DNA of 64,000 nt from Oscillospiraceae bacterium. GTDB taxonomy: Bacteria; Bacillota; Clostridia; Monoglobales; WRAG01. Made by a program: the position numbers and the translations under genes. The notes beneath the pieces are model-generated. The model saw only the letters and a program-made list of their open reading frames with translations. It searched no databases and was not told where the DNA came from. The stretch covers positions 7,267 to 71,266 of the forward strand of contig WRAG01000001.1 in NCBI GenBank assembly GCA_009780345.1, in the 5' to 3' direction. Shown piece by piece: positions 56,861-64,000 of this stretch. Each line of letters begins with the position of its first letter. The first letter of the stretch is position 1.

Positions 56861-57997
56861 ATGAAAATTGTCGGAATTATTGCGGAATATAATCCGTTTC
56901 ATAACGGACACAAATTTCATATTGAAGAAGCGAAGCGATTGACAGGCGCGGATGCCGCCGTTGTTGTGATGAGCGGAAACTATGTGCAGCGCGGCGATGT
57001 TGCGGTTTTCGATAAGCAAACGCGTGCGCGCGCCGCCATTGCGTTCGGCGCGGACTTGGTGATTGAACTTCCGACCGTTTGCGCGGCGCAGTCGGCCGAG
57101 ATTTTCGCAAGGTCAAGCGTGTGCTTGATGGACGCGCTTAATTGCGTTGACTATCTTGCGTTCGGCGCGGAGGCGAGCGATATCGGGGATATTACGGAAG
57201 TTGCAAAATTTTTATCGGTTGAGAATGATGAATTTGACGGTGCGATTCGCGCGAAACTCAAAACCGGAATATCATACGCGTCCGCGCGAGCCGAAGCGGT
57301 TGCGGAGCTTTGCGGAGCGAAACAAGCGGAAATCTTGCAAGAGCCGAACAATATTTTGGCTGTGGAGTATTTGAAGGCGTTGTATACGTTAAAATCCGAT
57401 ATACAGCCGGTTTTGATTAAGCGTCGAGCGGTCGGGCATGACGATTCGAATGTGTGTGAAAATTTTGCGTCGGCAAGTTTAATTCGGAAGAAAATAAAAA
57501 CGGAAGGGCTTCAAAGCGTTGAGGCGCTTGTGCCGACGGAGTGTATAGAGCTTTACAAAACGGCGGAATTTCATACGATAGAGGCGGTTCAAGTCGCCAT
57601 TTTGGCGAACTTGCGGCGAATGACGCCGAATGATATTGCTAAAATTGCTGATGTTTCGGAAGGATTGGAAAATCGGATATCCGCGTTTGCGAAAGAGTAT
57701 AAAACGTTGGACGAACTGATTGACGCGGTGAAAACCAAGCGATATACGCACGCGCGAATGCGGCGAATTATGCTTCATTCATATCTCGGCATAACGCGAG
57801 AAGATATAATGCTGCCGCAATATCTGAAAATATTGGATTTCAGCCCAAAGGGGCAGGAGATCTTAAATAACTTAAAGCGGACAAAGCCCGCTCTGGCACT
57901 TGCGAAGAATTTTAGGCAGATTGAATCCGCGGACGCCGTCCGCATGTGGCAGGATGAGTTAAAATTCGACAGTTTATACGAACTTTGTGTACGTTAG
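56861..57997 (+). CDS. tmcAL: tRNA(Met) cytidine acetate ligase / YlbM-type nucleotidyltransferase
   Basis: MKIVGIIAEYNPFHNGHKFHIEEAK...VVVMSGNYVQRGD. Confidence 0.85.
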   Translation: MKIVGIIAEYNPFHNGHKFHIEEAKRLTGADAAVVVMSGNYVQRGDVAVFDKQTRARAAIAFGADLVIELPTVCAAQSAEIFARSSVCLMDALNCVDYLAFGAEASDIGDITEVAKFLSVENDEFDGAIRAKLKTGISYASARAEAVAELCGAKQAEILQEPNNILAVEYLKALYTLKSDIQPVLIKRRAVGHDDSNVCENFASASLIRKKIKTEGLQSVEALVPTECIELYKTAEFHTIEAVQVAILANLRRMTPNDIAKIADVSEGLENRISAFAKEYKTLDELIDAVKTKRYTHARMRRIMLHSYLGITREDIMLPQYLKILDFSPKGQEILNNLKRTKPALALAKNFRQIESADAVRMWQDELKFDSLYELCVR

Positions 57998-58191
57998 TTC
58001 TTGTTTTGACACTGTGATGCAATTAAGCTGTTCATGCTAATAGTATCGCCGAGCGCGGTAAAAAACGATCCGAGAAGCGCCAACTCGTCGCTGTCAAATT
58101 TTTCGGTTAAGATATTCGCTATGCCGAATACTGCGGCGGATAGGTTTGTCGGGCAGCAGACTTTGCTATTATTCAAAAAATCACCTCGCAA
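57994..58191 (-). CDS. Hypothetical small protein
   Basis: 65-aa ORF (…DELALLGSFFTALGDTISMNSLIASQ…). Family not recognised. Confidence 0.45.
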   Translation of the reverse strand: MRGDFLNNSKVCCPTNLSAAVFGIANILTEKFDSDELALLGSFFTALGDTISMNSLIASQCQNKN

Positions 58192-58269
58192 TTATATGGT
58201 TTTTATAGTTATTAATATGTCCGGTAGGATATATATGTGTGAAAAAAGATAGATTTTGTAAAATAATGG

Positions 58270-58298
58270 TTGACAAAACGGGAAACAAGATGTATAAT
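58270..58298 (+). promoter_or_regulatory. Sigma-70-type consensus promoter
   Basis: TTGACA (58270-58275), 17-nt spacer, TATAAT (58293-58298). A ~140-nt structured leader follows before ATG 58441. Confidence 0.65.
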
Positions 58299-58440
58299 GA
58301 ATGCATAATGAAATGGCAAGCAAAATCGCTTGCCTGCATTCATTGCGACGAGCAAGGAAATTGCCGCCATAAGCGCGGCACTCGTCTAAATGGATGAGGC
58401 TATACATAGCAAAAGTTAAAAGGACGAGGAGATGTAGAAA

Positions 58441-58713
58441 ATGTACGAGGATAAAACGCTTCAATGCAAGGACTGCAGCGCGGATTTTGTGTTTGAGGCA
58501 GGCGAACAACAGTTTTACGCGGAAAAAGGATTTGAAAACGAGCCTACAAGGTGCCGTGATTGCCGAAACGCGAAAAAATCCGCACGACGTAACAGAGAAA
58601 TGTTCAATGTTACTTGCGACGGATGTGGCGGCGAGGCTACGGTTCCTTTTAAGCCGACTAACGAGAAGCCGGTATACTGTAGCGAATGCTTCGCTAACCA
58701 ATCAGCGAACTAA
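58441..58713 (+). CDS. Zinc-ribbon protein (CxxC-x17-CxxC type repeats)
   Basis: LQCKDCSADFVFEAGEQQFYAEKGFENEPTRCRDCR...CDGCGGEATVPFKPTNEKPVYCSEC. Confidence 0.8.
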   Translation: MYEDKTLQCKDCSADFVFEAGEQQFYAEKGFENEPTRCRDCRNAKKSARRNREMFNVTCDGCGGEATVPFKPTNEKPVYCSECFANQSAN

Positions 58714-58738
58714 AAAAGAGCCGAAAGGCTCTTTTTTT
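58714..58738. terminator. Bidirectional intrinsic terminator
   Basis: AAAAAAGAGCC-GAAA-GGCTCTTTTTTT between convergent genes. Confidence 0.85.
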
Positions 58739-58755
58739 ATAATAAATTCACTTTT

Positions 58756-59028
58756 TTACTTTACGGCGTCTTTTAGGGCTTTGCCCGCTTTAAACGCGGG
58801 AACTTTACTTGCGGGGATTTTGATTTCTTTTCCCGTTGCCGGATTTCTTCTGATTCTGCCTGCGCGGTTACGAACTTCGAACGTTCCGAAGCCTATCAAT
58901 TGAATTTTGTCGCCCTTTTTAAGCGTGTTTGTTACAGAAGATGTAAAAGCGTTAAGCGCGTTTTCAGAGTCCTTCTTGGAAAGTCCGGTTTGGGTTGCGA
59001 TTGAAGTGATGAGTTCTTGTTTGTTCAT
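58756..59028 (-). CDS. hup: DNA-binding protein HU
   Basis: [11 protein letters not shown]...[28 protein letters not shown]. Confidence 0.97.
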   Translation of the reverse strand: MNKQELITSIATQTGLSKKDSENALNAFTSSVTNTLKKGDKIQLIGFGTFEVRNRAGRIRRNPATGKEIKIPASKVPAFKAGKALKDAVK

Positions 59029-59071
59029 TTTAATTCTCCTTTATATTTGTATTATGAAAAATTTGTGATTA

Positions 59072-61738
59072 TCACCAGCCATTTGCGCCGCACATTTCCA
59101 AAAATTCCTCTTTAGAAATTAATACTTGGCGTGGCTTTGTTCCCTCATACGGGCCGATAATGCCGCGTTCTTCCATTTGGTCGATGATTCGGGCGGCGCG
59201 CTGATATCCGATTTTGAAGCGGCGCTGCAACATCGCAACCGATGCTTGGGATAACTCTACCGCCATTTCGATTGCTTTTGGCAGAAGTTCGTCCGCGTTG
59301 CCGGGTTTGTCTTCCTCGTCCTCTTGTTTTTGCGTTTCATTTATGTTTTCGATTTGTTGAATAATTTCTTCGCTGTATTCCATCACGTTTTGAGATTTCA
59401 CATACTCTACAACGTTTTCGACATCGGCATCGGAGACGAAATTCCCTTGTATTCGCAGGGGTTTTGACGCTCCGTACGGATAGTAAAGCATATCTCCGCG
59501 CCCGAGAAGTTTTTCCGCGCCTTGCGTGTCGATTATCGTTCGGCTATCAATATGACTTGACACGGCGAAGGAAATTCGGGACGGAACGTTGGCCTTGATA
59601 ACGCCGGTGATAACGTCAACCGATGGACGCTGTGTCGCGATAACAAGATACATTCCCGCGGCGCGCGCCTTTGCGGCAAGGCGGCTGATAGAACTTTCCA
59701 CGTCTTGCTTCGCGACCATCATAAGGTCGGCAAGCTCGTCGATGATTATAATAATCTCGGGCAGTTTTGCCGACTCGTCTTCGCCGTTTCGCTCGACGAG
59801 CTCGTTGTAAGATGTGAGGTTGCGGCATTTGTTTGCCTCGAACAGCTTATAGCGGTTTTCCATCTCGAGAACCGCCCAGTTCAGCGCGCTTGCCGCTTTT
59901 TTCGAGTCGGTGACGACAGGGATAAACAGATGCGGAATTCCGTTGTATATTGTAAGTTCAACCATTTTCGGGTCGATCATGATCATTTTAACTTCGTTGG
60001 GCTTGGCTTTGTATAAAATACTGGTGACAAGCGAGTTGATACATACTGATTTTCCCGAGCCCGTCGCGCCGGCGACAAGTAAGTGAGGCATTTTCGCGAT
60101 GTCCGCGATAACTATGTTGCCCGCGATGTCTTTGCCTAGCGCGAACGCGGTTTTCGAGCGGAAATTCATAAAATCGTCGGTGTCGATAACCTCTTTTACC
60201 GATACGGTTTCGGGAACTTCGTTCGGAATTTCGATTCCGATTGCCGATTTTCCCGCGATTGGAGCGATTATAACTCCTGTCGCCGCGAGGGCGAGCGCGA
60301 TATCGTCGGTGAGGTTAGTGATTTTGTTGACTTTCACGCCCGAGCCGGGGATTACTTCGAATCGGGTAACGGTCGGGCCTTGCACCACCGTTTCGATTGT
60401 CGCTTCCACGCCGAAGCTTGCCAATGTGTCAAGCAGTTTGTTCGCCTTGGCGTTCAGCTCGTGCTTTAACTGCGTTGCGGTTTGCTTGCGAGGCGGCGGC
60501 TTGGAAAGCAGGCTAAGCGGCGGCGGTTTGTAGTTCGGAAGCGGCGCGTTTTCAAAACTCGGCATTGCGGTAAGCTTTTCGATTTCTTCAACGTTCCCGC
60601 TTTTCGCGCGTGAGATTGCCTCGTCCATTGGAACGCCCGCGTTAAGCGCGGCTTGAACGTCGGGATTCAAATTTTGGTCTTCCAGTTTTTGCGTTAGGCT
60701 TGGAGGCGCAAATTCGGCGGTGTTGTCTATTCCGGGCAGTTTTTGCGGCAAACTTGGCGGCTTAAATTCAGAGGTGTCGCTCGGGGGAGCGTCCGCGTCG
60801 GTTGGAATTTCCGCCTCGGTTTCAACTTCGATATTGTTTACCAATTCTTCTATATTGTCTATGGTTAGCTTAAATTGACGTTCGGGGGCAGTGGGTTGAG
60901 GTTCTTCTTTCGGAGCGTCATTTTCATTAAAATATTCGTCAAAGTATGTTTTTTCAATCGGGCCGTAACGCTCGCCGTTTGATGGGCGGATTACGCTTGC
61001 GGCGGGTTCAGATGGCTTCTGTTGTTGCGGAATTTCAAGCTGTTTGCGCTCGTTTTCTTGCGCTAATTGTTCCTGCCGTTCTAAACGCTCCTGCTCGGCG
61101 ATATAGCGTGCTTCTTTATTTTTCGCGCGCCATGCTTTAATTTTTTCGCCGAATTTTGAAAGTATTATTTGGATGGATATGCCGGTAATCAGCACAAATG
61201 TTACGATAATTCCGGTGATTGCCACGATCCACGCGCCAAAAACGCCGATAAGAGAAATCAGCGCATTTCCGATTAAACCGCCGACTAAACCGCCGTAAAC
61301 TCCGTATTGCCCCCACGCGTAAAGTCCCGACGGAAGGTTGTACGGGTCGGGTTGCTCGACCAAATGCCGAATAAGCGCGATAAATATCAGCGCCAAGATT
61401 GAAAGCAAATATTTGTGAGAGGTTTTTGTTTTAGGCGCGAGAAATGAGCTTATGCCAATCCACGCGAGCATAAAGCAAATGGTATACGCGGCGTTGGAGA
61501 ACAATCCGCGCAAAAGACCATTGATAAAATTGCCTATAATTCCCGAACTTTCCATAAATAGCGCGACAAACAGGTAAACAGCAAGCGCGAGAGTGATAAG
61601 TCCTATCACACCCGTTTTGATTTGAGCGCCGCGCGCCTCAGTTTCCGGCACATTTTTTGGCGACGAAGCGGTGCGCTTTGAGTTGCCGCTTGCGCGGGAT
61701 ACATTTTTTTGATTATTTGTATTTTTCTTTGGTGGCAT
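59072..61738 (-). CDS. ftsK: DNA translocase FtsK/SpoIIIE
   Basis: N-terminal TM segments, a Pro/Gln-rich linker, the motor domain ([24 protein letters not shown]) and a C-terminal gamma winged helix. Confidence 0.95.
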   Translation of the reverse strand: MPPKKNTNNQKNVSRASGNSKRTASSPKNVPETEARGAQIKTGVIGLITLALAVYLFVALFMESSGIIGNFINGLLRGLFSNAAYTICFMLAWIGISSFLAPKTKTSHKYLLSILALIFIALIRHLVEQPDPYNLPSGLYAWGQYGVYGGLVGGLIGNALISLIGVFGAWIVAITGIIVTFVLITGISIQIILSKFGEKIKAWRAKNKEARYIAEQERLERQEQLAQENERKQLEIPQQQKPSEPAASVIRPSNGERYGPIEKTYFDEYFNENDAPKEEPQPTAPERQFKLTIDNIEELVNNIEVETEAEIPTDADAPPSDTSEFKPPSLPQKLPGIDNTAEFAPPSLTQKLEDQNLNPDVQAALNAGVPMDEAISRAKSGNVEEIEKLTAMPSFENAPLPNYKPPPLSLLSKPPPRKQTATQLKHELNAKANKLLDTLASFGVEATIETVVQGPTVTRFEVIPGSGVKVNKITNLTDDIALALAATGVIIAPIAGKSAIGIEIPNEVPETVSVKEVIDTDDFMNFRSKTAFALGKDIAGNIVIADIAKMPHLLVAGATGSGKSVCINSLVTSILYKAKPNEVKMIMIDPKMVELTIYNGIPHLFIPVVTDSKKAASALNWAVLEMENRYKLFEANKCRNLTSYNELVERNGEDESAKLPEIIIIIDELADLMMVAKQDVESSISRLAAKARAAGMYLVIATQRPSVDVITGVIKANVPSRISFAVSSHIDSRTIIDTQGAEKLLGRGDMLYYPYGASKPLRIQGNFVSDADVENVVEYVKSQNVMEYSEEIIQQIENINETQKQEDEEDKPGNADELLPKAIEMAVELSQASVAMLQRRFKIGYQRAARIIDQMEERGIIGPYEGTKPRQVLISKEEFLEMCGANGW

Positions 61739-61753
61739 ATGTTCAATTTCCTC

Positions 61754-62668
61754 CTACGTTAAAAAGAAATTTGCGATTATGGCAAATGTTCCGACAGCCC
61801 AGCAATAGTACGCAAAATAATGGAATTTTCCTTTATCGATCAGCCTTAGCATATATTTGATTGCAATTATTCCCGAAATTGCCGCGGCGATTATGCCTGC
61901 TATGTAAGCGGCGGGGGAAAGAGCAAGCGCGTTGGTTATCATAGTGTCGGCGGCATAACCGCTCAACGTACTTAACGGGTCGGAGATTACGATGTATTCT
62001 GCCGCGCGTTCTTCAATTACGCCGGGAATTTGAACGACGGTCGCGCCAAGTATGGCAAGTATCGACATTAGGAACGAAAACTTTGCCGCGAATTTGCGGG
62101 TGAAGCCGGTTGCCTCGCCTGCGACAATGGTTGAGCCGGAGCGGGAAATTCCGGGGATTACAGCGAACATTTGCACAAATCCCACGAACAATGCTGAGCG
62201 GAACTTTGCGTTGCTTGCGTCTTTTCGACCTTGCGGAATTTTGACCGATAGGAATAGAAATGTTCCGGTAACGAGAAGAGCGATTCCGACAATTAATAAG
62301 CTTTGGAACAGGCGGTCTATCACACCAACAAACGGAACCATCAAAAACATCGGAAGCGTTGCGATAATCAGCATGATCAACATTCGTCGATATGGCTTAC
62401 CTTCGATTGGGTTTTTCTTTCTTTTGATTAAGTCGCGGATTAGGCCGAAAAATTCTACGACCAATTCTTTGATATCTTTAAAGAATATAATGAAAACCGA
62501 TACCAAAGTTCCTATATGAAGCAGCGTATCGAAAAACAGGCCGCCCGCGTATGTGCCTTGAAATCCGAACACCTCTCTGAAAATTACCAGATGCCCCGAA
62601 CTGCTGACCGGCAAAAATTCGGTAAGACCTTGAATTATGCCGAGAAAAATCGAAAATAATATATCCAT
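61754..62668 (-). CDS. uppP: Undecaprenyl-diphosphate phosphatase
   Basis: IIQGLTEFLPVSSSGHL and PGISRSGSTI motifs. Confidence 0.93.
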   Translation of the reverse strand: MDILFSIFLGIIQGLTEFLPVSSSGHLVIFREVFGFQGTYAGGLFFDTLLHIGTLVSVFIIFFKDIKELVVEFFGLIRDLIKRKKNPIEGKPYRRMLIMLIIATLPMFLMVPFVGVIDRLFQSLLIVGIALLVTGTFLFLSVKIPQGRKDASNAKFRSALFVGFVQMFAVIPGISRSGSTIVAGEATGFTRKFAAKFSFLMSILAILGATVVQIPGVIEERAAEYIVISDPLSTLSGYAADTMITNALALSPAAYIAGIIAAAISGIIAIKYMLRLIDKGKFHYFAYYCWAVGTFAIIANFFLT

Positions 62669-62684
62669 TTTGTACTCCTTTCGG

Positions 62685-62787
62685 TTTGCGTGAAATTACG
62701 CAATCTTCCGCCGAAAACGCTCGTTCGGGTATCATTTATACACGCTCCCTCCCGTTTTCGCCGAAATATCACGCAATTTGCCGCAAA
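62685..62787 (+). repeat. Family A repeat (A2 core), forward
   Basis: TTTGCGTGAAATTACGCAAT...CGTTCGGGTATCATTTATACACGCTCCC...TCACGCAATTTGCCGCAAA. Confidence 0.88.
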
Positions 62788-62938
62788 CTTGTTTGTGCTA
62801 ATTTGAAATTATTCGAGATTGAAAAAATGCTTGCTTGCAAGGGCATTTTTTCTTCGACAGCCGGGCAAATACCGCGAGGCTTGCCTCGCAATGCGCCGTA
62901 AAGCGCAAATCCAGGGATTGTCCTGGGGTAGATGCCCG

Positions 62939-63286
62939 TCATTTCAACCGATTGCTCTCGTCCACGAACACAACGGTTGGCTTGTGGGTTTTTGCGGCTT
63001 CGTAGTCTATCGAGCCGTATGCGATAATAATTACCGTGTCTTTCGGCGAAAACAAGTGCGCCGCCGCGCCGTTTAGGCAGATTTGACCGCTGTTTGCAGC
63101 GCCTTCGATGGCGTATGTTACGATTCGCGCGCCGTTGGTTAGATTAAGTACGTGTACTTTTTGGTTCGGCAAGATTTTTGCCGCCGTAAGCAAAGCTTTA
63201 TCTATAGTTATGCTTCCGATGTAGTCAAGATTCGCGTCGGTTACGGTTGCACGATGGATTTTGGAACACATTACTTCAATAATCAT
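62939..63286 (-). CDS. panD: Aspartate 1-decarboxylase
   Basis: [22 protein letters not shown] (self-cleavage G-S site). Confidence 0.95.
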   Translation of the reverse strand: MIIEVMCSKIHRATVTDANLDYIGSITIDKALLTAAKILPNQKVHVLNLTNGARIVTYAIEGAANSGQICLNGAAAHLFSPKDTVIIIAYGSIDYEAAKTHKPTVVFVDESNRLK

Positions 63287-64000
63287 GGTTTTTGCACCTC
63301 GTTTATGATTAAATTATCTATCAACCGCGTATTTCCGAATTTTACGGCTAACGCGATTAGAGTTGGCGGTTTTATGGTTTCGATTTCGTGGAATGTGGCG
63401 AAATCAACGATTTCCACATAATCAATTGTTGCCAAGTTTTTAGTATTTAATATGGAAGCTATTTTTTCTTTTATTATCGCTGCGTCGGTTTCGCCTGCGG
63501 TGATTAAAATTTGCGCGGCGGTTAAAGCTTCATATAATATCGTTGCCTGTTCACGTTCGGCGGGAGTGAGATACATGTTGCGGGAACTCATCGCGAGTCC
63601 GTCCAGTTCGCGGACGATTGGGCAAGGGATTATTTCCACCGACATATTTAGGTCAGCGACCATTTTGGATATAACCGCCAATTGTTGCGCGTCTTTTTGC
63701 CCGAAATACGCGCGGCGTGGTGAGACAATGTTAAACAGTTTCGCAACCACCGTTGTAACGCCGCGAAAGTGCGTTGGTCGTGATTTGCCGCATAAGCCTT
63801 GCGTTAAACTTTCGACGTTGATGTAGGTTGCGTAATTGGCGCCATACATTTCGGCGGCGGTTGGAGCGAAGATTACGTCCGCGCCTGATTCCGCCGAAAG
63901 TTCGGTGTCGCGATCTAACGTGCGCGGATATTTATCCAAATCTTCGTTCGCGCCGAACTGGGTTGGGTTTACGAAGATGCTGACGATTGTTATATCATTT
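63283..64000 (-). CDS. panC: Pantoate-beta-alanine ligase, C-terminal part (gene continues past window end)
   Basis: The reading frame stays open to nt 64000 (…[29 protein letters not shown]…). Typical PanC sequence. Confidence 0.92.
   Translation of the reverse strand, partial: NDITIVSIFVNPTQFGANEDLDKYPRTLDRDTELSAESGADVIFAPTAAEMYGANYATYINVESLTQGLCGKSRPTHFRGVTTVVAKLFNIVSPRRAYFGQKDAQQLAVISKMVADLNMSVEIIPCPIVRELDGLAMSSRNMYLTPAEREQATILYEALTAAQILITAGETDAAIIKEKIASILNTKNLATIDYVEIVDFATFHEIETIKPPTLIALAVKFGNTRLIDNLIINEVQKP

Noticed and set aside
1-64000. A search for defence systems, a prophage, integrases, transposases or toxin-antitoxin pairs as the novel system.
   Set aside because: Every sizeable ORF is assignable to housekeeping functions or small hypotheticals. 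The only accessory-looking locus is the RHH/small-peptide cassette at 36333-36749, which is reported with low confidence.

Overview
The window is a core-genome, origin-proximal segment of a Firmicutes/Clostridia-like chromosome. I see no prophage, defence island, CRISPR array, rRNA, tRNA or transposase gene. Gene content in order: fabZ (partial), mreB, addA, a pseudouridine synthase, ddh, coaX, holB, ricT/yaaT, ferredoxin, ogg, fba, a GlmU-C-domain-only gene, prs, tex, parA-parB, serS, thyA-folA, rodA/ftsW, mltG and tagA. Next come an AT-rich oriC-like gap, dnaN and recF, then a complete S10-spc-alpha ribosomal-protein supercluster (rpsJ to rplQ, including secY, adk, map, infA and rpoA). The window ends with tmcAL, hup, ftsK, uppP, panD and panC (partial). 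The unusual feature is non-coding. By hand tally, roughly 6-7 kb (about 10 percent of the window) consists of a few families of long, hairpin-forming, mutually nested repeats. Family A is about 123 bp. Family B is 85-390 bp. Family C is about 0.5 kb. There are also shared sub-modules D, E, F and G. These repeats fill 20 of the 31 gene junctions inside the ribosomal-protein supercluster, usually from the stop codon right up to the next Shine-Dalgarno, and in both orientations. Some copies supply the stop codon or last codons of the upstream gene. Several stems show compensatory base changes between copies. I do not recognise these repeats as any named family, and no cognate transposase lies in the window. 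Three consensus parS sites and DnaA-box-like motifs support proximity to oriC, yet dnaA is not next to dnaN.
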